From: Eledone cirrhosa
Lineage: Eukaryota
Assembly: GCA_964016885.1 (NCBI GenBank)
Contig: OZ024740.1
Coordinates: forward strand, 146,010,001 to 146,074,000
Direction of reading: 5' to 3'
DNA length: 64,000 nucleotides
Position numbers and translations under genes: made by a program
Notes under the pieces: model-generated
What the model was told of the DNA's origin: nothing
Databases searched by the model: none
Seen by the model: the letters and a program-made list of their open reading frames with translations, nothing else
Part shown: positions 25,252 to 37,187 of the stretch, piece after piece
How the letters are laid out: the number at the start of each line of letters is the position of its first letter
Numbering within the stretch: the first letter of the stretch is position 1

Positions 25252-26533
25252 GTAAGTAATGTCGCCAACTACTCTCTACACATTGTAACTAATCATCCAT
25301 TTTCTTCATTGCTTAGGCATTTTTATTTTATTATGTAAGACACTGAAGCTTTTAATTTGAGTTTGTAAGTCAGGATTCAAAATGTGATCTTTTTGTCTAC
25401 TCATCCTTTCACCTCCAATATTCTATTTCATTTGCTGTAATAGTTAGTGTCATGGTTATTATTGTAATTTTTCTCCTTCCCTATTCTTATTGCTAAAATT
25501 GCAATCCCTATATGGGTCATATATACCTGTATAGACTCACTGTAATTAAATAGAAGCACTAGTGTTGGTATAGACTAGAGTCTGTATGGCTGACAATAAA
25601 ATGAAACTGAAAGGAAGTGAAAATTAACAGTAAAATGTAAGTGAATGTCAGGAAGTCAAATAATCTCTGATGGTTGGTTAGTGTATAGCAATCAAAATCA
25701 AATTTCAGGTTGTGTTTACATTTATGACACCATTGTTCAGAGCTTTGTAGACTTCAACTATTCCAATAACTTACATAGAATATTATAAATACATGATAAC
25801 AGACAAAGAAAAAGCTCCAAATTAACAAGAATCACTAATAAATTATTCAGAATTTATTGAAAAATCAGGTACCTTTCAGTTATATTGTGTTTCATTTTAC
25901 TGTCAGCCATATCAGAAGTTTTAATAGTTCTATTTTAATTAATTTAAAATAAGTTTAGAAAATTTAAGAAATAATTCACTGACAAATTTGAGACCGAATG
26001 AAAATTGAAAGGTAGGCTTAGGTATGTTTCATACATCAAAATATCAAGTTAATTAAGTTACACAGATTTTAATGATCATATTATCCAATGTATTGGTGAT
26101 TTTTGAAACAAAGAAACTTGAATAAAAGGGATCAAAAATTAAAATTCTTTAATGAGACAGTCTCTATAAATGAATAACCATAATAAATTGGCATTTATTT
26201 TATCATCACCATCATTTACCTTTGGATTTCCATGCTAATAAGATTTGGATAGTACTTAGCTAGAAGCATTAACCTTACAGACTGGGTGAGGTACATTTCA
26301 CTTATATATGTTCCCATACTCTACAGTGTGTACTGGTTGCATTTTATCATAGCACCAGCACTTGGGAGGCTGTCATTTGTTTGACACAACTGAAGAGGGT
26401 CTGATGCCCTTTTGTTTGGCAAGTTTTCTATGGCTGGATGTCCTTCCCTATTGCAAACCACTTTACAGAGTGTAATGGATGAGATTTATCAAGTTAGTTA
26501 TATCCTTGACAAAACTGAAGGTCATATGTGTCT

Positions 26534-28365
26534 AGACACATATGACCTTAGCAACCTGTGCCCTACAAGACCAGCAAGAGGCAGACCACCTACCATTACC
26601 TCAATGGCCAAGAAAACCCACACAGATAGATGGAACGGGTGGACCAGAACCATACGGACACCCGAAAACCACGATGAACTGAAGAAAATGATTGCACATG
26701 CGGTAGGGGCCAGCATAAAACTAACCCTTAAGGAACATATGTTCAAATTTAATGGAAAAACATATGCCCAAGAGGAAGGAGCAGCCATTGGTGTTAGCAT
26801 TGCAGGTGACATAGCTAACTTATTCATGGTATGGTGGGACAGTAGACTTAAACTTAAACTTAAAGAACAATTAGAAGACCCCTTAACCCTGATAATGTAC
26901 TCCCACTACGTTGATGATATAAACATCGTAGTTAAGACACCCCCACTAAAGAACAGTCAGGAACTAGAGAAAAACACAATGGAAAGCATCCAGCAAATAG
27001 CTAACTCCATCCACCAGAGTATTAGAGTTACTATAGACTACCCAAGTAAACACCCCAACCATCGATTACCTGTACTAGACACAGAGCTCTGGTTAGATAC
27101 CATTAATAATAAAAAACAAAAAACAAATCCTCCATTCCCATTATGCCAAACCCATGACTTCCAAACATCTGATCCACCGAAACTCAGCTGTTTCGGACCA
27201 TACCAAAATCAACATACTGATTGCGGATTTGGTACGGGTGATGAGAAACGTGTCCCGCATGTGCAACCCCGAAGAACTAGAGAGACACATACAACACTTC
27301 ATCCACCATATGCAGTTCTCTGGTTACAATCAGAGAGATAAAATCAGAGTGTATAGAGGAGCCAGAACCATATGGGAAAAAAATGGTAAATAATGATACA
27401 AATGGGACCTGCCCCTTGTATAGGAGCAAATTTTGGAATAGAATAGAAATAACTAAGAATAAGGCTAATAGAATAAACCCATGGTATGATAGCAATAAAT
27501 ACCAGAGCGTAATGTTCATCGATACAACCCCTAGAGGTGAATTAGCTTACAAATTTAGAAGGGCCCTAGATAAACATAAACTCAATATTAAGATAGTAGA
27601 AAGAGCAGGTACCTCCATAAAAACACTTATTAGCAAGACATACCCTTTTCAAAGACCCCCCTGTATAGATAAGAAATGTATAATCTGTAAAATAAGCCCC
27701 CATATTAACTGTAAAACTAGAAATGTAGTATATAGCATAAGATGTACTGAAGGACAATGTAGAGACAAAAATATAGTGTACATCGGTGAGACAGCTCGTA
27801 GTGTAGGGGAATGGATAAATGAACACTGGTGAGACCTTCAAGATAGTAAAGAATCATCTGTACTCTACCAACATGCTAAAATAGAACATAAGGGTAAATT
27901 AGAGAACATAGAAATAAAAATAGAATCTACACACAGAAAAGACGCAATGTTTAGACAAATCACAGAGGCAATAAACATAAAAGAACTACAACCAAAATTA
28001 AATAGAAAATATGAGTGGAACAGCAACATCACAACTTACAATTAAGGACAAAATGAAAACACACACGCACATAGAACAAACAACCAACCGGTAACATGTA
28101 AATAAACAAATAAATAAACAAATATAAACACACACAGACACCCGGATGTGGCGCATGCGCAGACTGAGCACACAACACACACACAGAAACAAAATGGCGT
28201 AGGACAGAACAAAGGAAAAGCACAAAAACAAAGAAAAGAATCCCCAGTCACTGAAGAGGTCACAGAATGTGTGACGAAAGAACTTTGACAATATATAAAC
28301 AACTATCTGGTTGTGGAACCAACCAACCAACCAGAAATTTATAAATTCTTAAATTTATAAATTTA
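26534..28365 (+). mobile_element. Penelope-like element, Naiad-like; RT + GIY-YIG pseudogene and 3' pseudo-LTR
   Basis: EGAAIGVSIAGDIANLFMVWWD, YVDDI, LPVLDTELW, KPMTS, WY..SVMF..TPRGEL, CKTRNVVYSIRC..YIGETARS, RQITEA, LNRKYEW; two frameshifts and a TGA at 27830; frame ends at 28045. Confidence 0.9.
28247..28289 (+). ncRNA. Minimal type I hammerhead ribozyme in PLE pseudo-LTR
   Basis: GUCA-CUGAAGA(G)-GUCACA gaaug UGUGAC-GAAA-G aa C-UU-UGAC; stems I and II pair. Confidence 0.75.
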
Positions 28366-30249
28366 TTATAATAAATTGAAGTGAAAGCAACTGGTGCGTG
28401 TGTTTCTTATTGGCAACATGACCCTCCCAAAGTATAACAATATGAATATAAGATTGCCAACAATTTTGTTAGATATATTATGGCACTTTAAATAGTGCGA
28501 CAATAAACAGAATGTCTAGAACACATAGAATAGTTGAGAAGTTCAGGTAATTTTTGTTTTTACAGACAATAAGATTTTCCTTTTTTAAACACAGCAACTC
28601 ATGTAATTTATGAATAATAACTTAGAAATGTGGTTGGTAGTATATAGAACATATGAAGTATTTTTCATTATTTGAAGCAGTTTGAACCTAACAAAGGAAA
28701 TTACCAAGGACCTACTATATTTCTAATTTCATATTAAATCATAATAATATTTCTTTGTTAAGTAAGCTGTAATGTTTTAAGATATATGTTTTATGTAAAT
28801 TTAATCTTAGGAACCAATATAAAACTATGTATAAAAATTAAAACAGAATTGTGGGAGAAAATCAAGTATAGTAGTTTTACTTAACTGGAGTCTATTATGT
28901 AGTATTTAAAAATGCATTGACTACCTATCTTAATTTATATCTCACTTCTTAAACTAATAATTTTGATTTTATCTTCAAATGAAACCCTTTCAAATAATTG
29001 TTTTGTTTTACATTTGTCAAATGCATGTTGCACCTGTTTCTCTGCATAATTTCTTTAATGAATTGTACTATTTAGTTGCATGATCTTAAACTCCTGTCTC
29101 CTACGATTATCTCGTAATTAATATTTCATTATATTTTCTTGAATATTCAGGCAGTCCTCTACTTTCATACTGGTTGCATTTTGGAAAAAGTGTATAAAAG
29201 TTGAATTTCCAAATCTTGAATCATTGAGTTACATATTAATTAGGGGGTTCTGTTCTCTGAGACCTAAAAATGTACAAATGTACAGGTAGTAGACTTTCCT
29301 TTTAAAGCTCTAGGATTTTCTGAGTCATTAGACTAGCATTGGTTTTAGTTTAAAGTCACCAGCTATATTGCCTCCAACAAGTAGTGCCAGTCTGTCCATA
29401 GCTGCTTTAAACCCAATTTTCTCTTCAACTAATGAAATATAGTCTTTCAGGCATCCTCTTCCAAAATAACCCAGTCTCATCACCATTAAAAATTTGCTGG
29501 ACAGTCTAACCTCCTACTTCAACAATATTAACAAAAATGTGAATAAATTTTGTTGCAGCTTCTTTATTTGCACTAGCTATTTGTACAGTCAGTTTAAGGT
29601 TATGTAAAGTTGCCTTTTCCTTGAATTTTTCCAACCATCTTTTGCTTGCTTGGATTTCTGTGGAATCAGCAACCTGTTCTTTCAAGTCTTTCTTCCAATC
29701 TATATAAACTGATAACTTTGCCTTGAATTATAGCATAGCACACTGGAACATGTTTTTCTATGTTGATTATTAATCCTGACTGTTAAGAAATTCTCCATTT
29801 TTTCATCACTATTCTTCATTTAGTTTTTTTTTTATATATATAATTGTTGTTGACTTATTTCCTGTATTACGTATATGTTCTTTAATTTTATTTTTATCCT
29901 TAACAATTGAACATATAGTTGATTTGTTCATGTTCAAAGCCTTGTTTATAGAAGATTGATATTGGTCAGTTTCTGAACAGTTAATAATATTTGTCTTTAA
30001 TTCTATTGTATGAAAATTAACCCTTTAGCATTTAAATTACTCTATATATACTATTATATTTTCACGGTAAAGGCTTTACCTCAATTATCTCACATAATAT
30101 CGAATCTATGAGATTTTGAAATCATTTACTTTGAGAACAATACCTTAACATCAGTATGAGTGGCAGGATACAGTCAGTTTGAATACAAAGAGGTGAGAGA
30201 ATTCTGGCCGGATACAGCCGGTTTAAATGCTAACATAACTGTATACATA

Positions 30250-31603
30250 TCATCATTTTACGTCCGCTTTTCCCTGTTTGCAAGGGTGGGACAGGTCTTA
30301 TTCAGCACAGCATCTCTCCACTTGTCACGATCCTTTGTTCTCTCCACTTGTCACGATCCTTTGTTATCTCCACTGTGAGCTTCAGCGATCTGAGGTCTGT
30401 TCTCACCACCTCCGCCCATGTTTTTCATGGTCTACTTCTACCACGTCTTCCTTCAACTGTCATTTCCTGGCACTTCTTCACCCATCGGTCATCCTCCATG
30501 CGCATCACATGTCCATACCACCACAGTCTCCTCTCTTGCACACTACATTCTATCCCTCTCACACAGTTTCTCTTTCAACACATCCATGCTGGGTCGTTCA
30601 CGCACATTGACATTGCAGATCCAACGGAGCATGCTTGCCTCATTTCTCTCCAGCCATCGCATATCCTCTGCAGTAGCTGCCCAAGTCTCACTACCATGCA
30701 GCATCGCGCTCTTCACACAGGCATCATATAACCGGCCTTTCATACGCAGGGAGAAACCCATCTTCGTCAGCAGAAGAAGCAGCTCCCTAAACTTCTTCCA
30801 ACCCGTCCTTATTCTAGATACTATGGCCTCGGAACACCTCCCTCCCATGCTAATCTGATCTCCTAGGTATCAACCACTTCTGCGTGCAACCAGTTTAGTG
30901 CCTACGTCCCCTGATACCTTCAGCATCTCAGCAACTATCCCCGACGGTCCAGTGGCCTTACTATTTTTCATTTCCTTAATCGTCTCTTGGACCCTATATT
31001 CGTCAATCTCAATAGCTGGTCCCTCTGTCGAATCTACTGAGGGTAATTTCTCTCTCTCCCATTTGTTCTCCACATTCATCAGTCTCTCATAATGACATTT
31101 CCAGGCCTCCTTTTTCTGATCATTCGTGACACTAAGTACACCGGCATCATTCCGGACACATTTATCTCCAACAACATCCTGATTTGCATTGACACACTAC
31201 CTTGCAATGTGGAACACCGCACGCCTCTGATCTTCCCGTCGCAGAACATTGGCAAACCTCCTACTCTCAGCCTCCCTGTGTGCTAAGTACACCTGACGTC
31301 TAGCTTCTCTCTTAGTGGCTGTATATCCTTCTCTACTCCCACCCTTTTTCCAAGCCTTCCATGCTAGTCTTTTGTCTCTAATGGCCCTATCTACTGTGCT
31401 GTTCCACCACCAGGTCACTCTCTGTCTGGTTGGAGCTTTGCTCCAGCCACAAGTTTCATCAGTAGCCTGCAGTAAGTTGTCACATAAGAAATTCCAGTTA
31501 TCATCTATGTCATACAACTCTAAATCGTCTTCTTTTTCATCATACACATCTGGAAGGGCTTTCCTAAATTTGTATTTTAGTGAAAGGTCTTTTAGCTTCC
31601 AGA
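30250..31603 (-). mobile_element. RTE LINE lacking the RT core, nested in the Tigger
   Basis: ORFs 31197-31547, 30870-31079, 30543-30848; (ATG)n tail at 30250. Confidence 0.9.
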
Positions 31604-31847
31604 CCTTTCAGCTATAAATTTGGAAACTGATGACGTAGCGCTAGAGGATTGCAACAGAAGCAAAGGGTGAGTAACAGTCAAAGATGTTGTTTCTGACTGG
31701 TTGTTATCAAGGCAGTGCTCCCTTACCCTGCTCTCTGCTGGAACTCAATACAGACGAAAACATATAGTTTTGGTTACACACCCATTGCTTCTGCTGGAAT
31801 CCACTAGATGGCGCTACGTCATCAGTTTCCAAATTCATTGCTGAAGG
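31604..31847. mobile_element. Small fold-back element with ~72-bp arms, related to 63302-63940
   Basis: Arms 31604-31675 and 31773-31847 (AATTTGGAAACTGATGACGTAGCGC and its complement). Confidence 0.8.
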
Positions 31848-33260
31848 CTTTCAAAATGTTTATTTATAAACATACCATATATCGTTAGATATACAAAATA
31901 CTCTATTGTATTATTTTTTATACTGTTCAAAAGTCTGTGGAATACAAAATTCAAATGCATGAAACTCAAAGACTACCTGTATTGAGTTTGAGAAGATCAA
32001 TATGAACATGTTAATGAAAGCCTGCTGTATATACTTTTATATAAGCCAAGAAATATGTGACAAAAATAAAAGATCAGTGGTAAAATGGAGGGTTAGCGTA
32101 TTTGAGGTCAATACTTTGATAATTTTCACCAACTTCAAATTCGACATAAATAAGGTGCTAAAATATGGAGTGATTATTTCACAAAGAAGCACTATTTTTC
32201 TACATTTACTACATCGTCATGAGTGTTGTTTATGTATTCCCAACAAATTTTTATAATTTGAACTTTTTAATACATAAATATCCCCTATGCATACATGTGC
32301 ACACACACACATGCGGCAACTGTTTTTCTCTACAACTTAATTATACTATTACTTTCAATCTTACTTCTGTCTTGCATTTTATTGGTCTTGCTCTTGCCCT
32401 TCCTCTCCACTCTCTTGCTTGCTGTCTCCCACCCTCCGTTTTATTCTGAATCCTTATACAATTTTCTCTTAGTCAATCTCTTTCTTTCAACTATTCCTTA
32501 TTCATCAATGTCCCCTGTATATAGTTTTGATTTGCTCCGATTAGACAAAAATCCGAAAAACTTGAAACTGTAAACAATCATTATGTAATCATCATCATCA
32601 TCATTTCATTTTACGTCCACTTTTCCCTGCTTGCAAGGGTGGGACGGGAACTGATTCTGGCTTGATTTCTATAGCTGGATGCCCTTCCTAACACCAACCT
32701 CATTTACAGTGAGTGCTGGGTGCTTTTTTGCCGTGGCACCTGCACGACCACTTTGCAAGTCCCTATCATCTCATTTCTACAGCTGAGTAAACTGGAGCAA
32801 TGTGAAATAAAGTGCCTTGCTCAAGGAAACAACACATCACCCGGTCTGAGAATTGAACTCACAACCTTTCGATTGCAAGGCCAATGCTCTAACCACTAAG
32901 CCATGTACCTCCATGGAGTTGTGAAATAAAAACTATACTCTAAATAACATTTAAAACATTTTAAATGTCAAAATATTTAAACTACCTAAATATATTAAAA
33001 AATCACACTATAGATGGGGTTTGGATTTTTGCCCATTTCTCAGACATAAAATAAGGGGTTGACTTATAGTTGAGTATATACGGTAAGTAAAGAGCTTTAT
33101 GGTTTGCATAATTAATGTAATCAGTATATAATTCTTATGGTTTTGTAGATTTAATCTGACATAATTCAGTGGTTTCAGATTTTTATTAGAAGATTCAAAT
33201 GAAATCATTTAGGACTTTAAAATTTCAATATATTCATTATTAGAAAATTCTATAATTTAA

Positions 33261-33487
33261 CCCTTTTGATGCCAATTCACTCAAAACCACCCCCGGTTCT
33301 ATGAAATAGGACCACCCATTTTAAGGGGATCCTATTTAAATTAAAATATACCAACATAATTTTATATAAGAACCATATATTAAGTTTTTATCTTAATGAA
33401 ATAATTTGTAATTTAAGTAAATCTCTCAAGATTCTTTATTAATTAATTGAAATAGAGTGTATTTGATTTGAAATATGGTAAAAAAGG
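33261..33487. mobile_element. Second TTAA MITE family, decayed (relatives at ~39035-39283, ~39458-39676, ~57275-57500)
   Basis: TTAA|CCCTTTTGAT...AAAAGG|TTAA ends; shared internal TTTAAATTAAAA...CCA.CATAA..ATAATGAAATAA. Confidence 0.65.
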
Positions 33488-34087
33488 TTAATGTTATTTC
33501 ATTAAACCCATTCTGTTCTTCATTGTCATTTTATTTATTTGTTATTATTATTTATTACATCTTTATATTTTTTTGGTTTGCATGTTTTTATAAATGTTTT
33601 AAAAACATTCTAAATAATCCTATTTCTTACTAAAACAATTTCTATTAATATTTAAGACTAACTAACAGTGATAAATATATTGCTTTTATTTAAGCAATGA
33701 CATTATAATTGTATATGTATAGTCCTTTAGTTTATTTGAACCATCACAACCAAGTCCATGCTGGAGCACTGCATGTGTGTGCGTTCATACGATGTATATA
33801 TTTAGTATTAGTGAAATAACATCCTGGTTCTTGGAAAGCATTTTCTATAACTCATCTTGGTTAAACTTTGAAATATATCTTTACAAAGTTTAGACAAAAG
33901 GCATTTCACAAAATTATATTCAGTCTATATGTTCAAGTACTAACATGATACCTCTTTACAAGAAACAGCTTTAAGACTCATTCTCTCTTATATACACATA
34001 TATACACCAGGTCCAAACACAAAAGAACCAAACTCCCATTATTACTGCCTTCGTCTCTCACTATTATGAGCAACTGGAGGCCCATGC

Positions 34088-34582
34088 ATTAGTCGCCACG
34101 CAGCCCTGGCAAACAGAATAGAGAAGGCGTTGACCCAGAGGATGATGAGGGAGACACGCTGGAAGAGCCATTCCAGCTTGCGAGGCTCACACCTGTGGGG
34201 AGCCTACTCTGTGCCGATGGTGGTGAGCAGGGAGGTGGCCCTAGGGCCAAGGACTCCGGAAGTCTCCACTGCCACGGGCTTGACTGCAAACTTGTCGGAG
34301 AGCGACCAATATTTGGAGAGTTTACCCTCCTCAGCCCGAAGTGCAACAGAGCCTGGGTTAGTCGCAGACTGCACAAGGTTGCTGCTGAAGAATGTGTCGC
34401 TGCATGTGGCATCCTAGGTGAAAGGTTTACACCATGGACCGGGGAGATTGTCGTGCCTTCTGGCTTTTTGCTGTCCCCTCAGTCCAGTCCCATCGGCTCG
34501 AGCTGGGAGGGGAAACCTGCAGCATCAAAGCCATGCTTGATGACCTCGTTGAGAGCAGCATGGCATGGAAAGTGGCCTGCAA
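34088..34582 (-). mobile_element. CRE-clade non-LTR retrotransposon 3' fragment (restriction-like endonuclease)
   Basis: Minus translation HAALNEVIK..AGFPSQLEPMGL..DSKKPEG..DATCSDT..AEEGKLSKY..PVAVETSG..LFQRVSL..NA matches the CRE RLE pattern; GC-rich island. Confidence 0.8.
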
Positions 34583-35512
34583 ATTAAATTCTATTTTGGA
34601 GTGTTAATGGTGATGTTTCACATATTGATGTATAAAGTTTCGTGTTATTCCTCTTTTAAAGAAACTCTAGGATAGAAAATATTGTCTGGTATTATATCAA
34701 ACTAGCTGATAAAGGAAGTTTTTCTGGCAGTGTATTTCACACATTTCTAAAAGGTTGTTGTTTATATAATTAGATAATAGGTACACATGAAGTACAGAAA
34801 GAAAGATAGAAATAACTGTTTCTACATTTGGCACAAGGATAGAAATTTGAAGGGAAGAGGCAAGTTGATTGAATCGACTCTAGTGCGTTGCTGGTACTTT
34901 ATTTTAAGGATGAAAGGCAAAGCTAACCTCAGTGGGATTTGAATTCAGAATGTAGCTTTATGCCACAAAGTATGTTTCCCAATGCTCTATTGATACTGCC
35001 AATTCACACCCTAAGAAAGATAGAAATAATATAATTTGTTCATAAGCTTGTCCTGAAGGCTTCTCATATAGAGCTCTCTAGATGACTTAGACAAGACTAT
35101 CAGTAATATTGAGATATATTACAAAGCTATTTTATTTTATTAGCACCCCATCTATGTATATTTTCTAATTTGAATTAACACTTTGAATTGAATTTCCAAA
35201 AAGCATTTTGTGGAGCATAATTTCAAATTATGTACCACATAATATGTATTTTAAAAATTATTTAAAATAGGCTGTACAAATTATGTTAGGCTCCTTGATA
35301 AATTGTTTAAATCTATTTTGCAATGACATAATATACCCTTCACGCATCTAAGTTAAGTCATCAATGCTAGGATAAGTATACAGCTAAAAAAAATGCTCTA
35401 ATAATTCAAGAAAATTTGTAGGACTATTCTACCTGTTATAACTAAATTTGAAGCTTTTCAAAATAATTTGTGATTTATAAAACATCTTTCTTAAAATGGC
35501 ATTTTCCAATAG

Positions 35513-35589
35513 GTTGACAGCAATTTATCCATACCTCACTTTTGTTTTCCTGATGCTGAAATTTATAAACCACAAGAAGAAATGACCAG
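35513..35589 (+). CDS. DENND2: DENND2-like exon (VDSNLSIPHFCFPDAEIYKPQEEMT)
   Basis: aatag/gtaagt; IP.FCFPD uDENN hallmark; phase 0 to 2. Confidence 0.97.
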
Positions 35590-36678
35590 GTAAGTTTAAA
35601 ATAGATTCTACCCTCTATGATTGTAAAATGGTCGGTTATATCAACCACCCTAGATTAACACGATAAACACTCCCAGTACACTCTGATATTCTGTAAAGTC
35701 ATTGGTGATAGAAAGGGCATCCAACCATAGAAAACCTACCAAACAGAAGTCGGGAGGATCCTACAGCTGTATCAAAGACATAACAACCTCTCTAGTGCTT
35801 GTATCATGATAAACTGCACTCAGTAGAGTGCAGGATCATATGTTAGTGAGATGCAGCAAGATTTGAGGTGCAGAAGCCTCAGTAATAGTGTCTTTGCAGG
35901 TTTTAGTTGCATATAGTCATGACTAGGGGTTATGGAGTACAACAGTGTTTCCTTCTGTTTGCGTTTATGTGTTTGTTCAAAATAATGTGATAATTGTCTT
36001 ATTTTTATTTAGAATGTTTTCTACTCTTGTTTTGGGTGGCAATGCAGATTTAGCATGAGTTGCCTGTAAGACAGTGTGTGTGTGTGTGTGGGGGGGGGGG
36101 GGGGCTTGAGTACTGAAGCTTAGGGAGAAGTTAAAAAAACATTTGTTCTTGTTTGTTGTAAGATATATATTATATTTATGTCAAGTGGGGGAAAAGGTAG
36201 CATTATATAAAATACTTTGAAGTATTTAATTAACATCTTTAGGGGTCATATTTCTTTTTATTTCTTTGGGGGGTGGGGGTCAATAAAATAAATACTAGGG
36301 CCAATTTGATTAAATATACCCCACCAAGTTGCACAATCTGAAAATGAGCACCAGAAAGAGCTAGGGAGTTAACAATGTGATGGAGTGGTGTACAGTTCAA
36401 TGGATACTCTTGTACTTGATGACATAAAACTGAGATAAACACCATCCTGATGAGCCTTCATTCTCAAGAACTTCAACTTTTTCTTTGGATGAATTGAAAT
36501 TAATCTTTCTGCACAAAAATTAGAAACTAAAAAGCAAGAAGAAAAAATTACATTTGTGGTCTTTTGCCAAAATTATAAATCAATATTATTTTCTTTTAAA
36601 TCTTTTTACATAAAATTAAATTTAGATAACATAAAATTTTATATAATGTGTATCAATTGTGTAATTTTTATTTTCTAG

Positions 36679-36748
36679 TAACCCCTATAGGTTTGTTCTG
36701 ACTAACTTTGATGGTGCCAGGGTTTTTGGATATTGCAGAAGAGTGTGG
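36679..36748 (+). CDS. DENND2: DENND2-like exon (SNPYRFVLTNFDGARVFGYCRRVW)
   Basis: ttctag/gtaagt; FVLT..DG.R.FGYCRR uDENN hallmark; phase 2 to 0. Confidence 0.97.
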
Positions 36749-36879
36749 GTAAGTAAAGATTTATTATAAATAAGATTAAAATAAGTTTTGTTTTTGCTAT
36801 TCACAGATTTACATATTTAGGAATAAAAGATTTGAGGAATAAGGCAGGTTTTCTGAAGTCATGGAACATTTTTATAACA

Positions 36880-36946
<67 letters not shown>

Positions 36947-37068
36947 TTAGTTAAGCAAAACAAGACCACAAATTTCACAAGGAAGACATTATTAAAAGAT
37001 TGTCAACATATTTTAGTTTGATATAAGGAATGTAGAGAATAATAATAATATTAATAATAATAATGTCC

Positions 37069-37187
37069 ATTTACAATTGTTTCGCTACTCCATATAGTAT
37101 TTCTGGATCAAATGACTATATATCATTATTGATCTGGTTCAGTTGAAAATAATTAACATATTTAAAAACAGAGCGGCTCATCGGAAC
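37069..37187 (-). ncRNA. Degenerate type I hammerhead with ~80-nt stem II loop
   Basis: Minus strand GUU-CCGAUGA-GCCGCUC...GAGUAGC-GAAA-CAAUUG-UA-AAU; core U4C substitution. Confidence 0.45.

Larger units (their letters stand above)
29148..31979 (-). mobile_element. Internally deleted pogo/Tigger element with nested insertions
   Basis: Imperfect TIRs CAGGCAGTCCTCTACTTTCATAC and GCATGAAACTCAAAGACTACCTG(TA); minus peptides QASKRWLEKFKEKATLHNLKLT, DETGLFWKRMP, GGNIAGDFKLKPMLV. Confidence 0.8.

Noticed and set aside
27830-27832. In-frame TGA in the Naiad-like ORF as selenocysteine
   Set aside because: Context EHW*D is not a Cys position; CGA>TGA CpG decay is simpler, similar CpG-type changes lie nearby, and the copy is frameshifted
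13141-31617. Many + strand ORFs overlapping RTE copies (e.g. 13141, 14447, 17321, 30418)
   Set aside because: Antisense shadow frames of LINE ORFs
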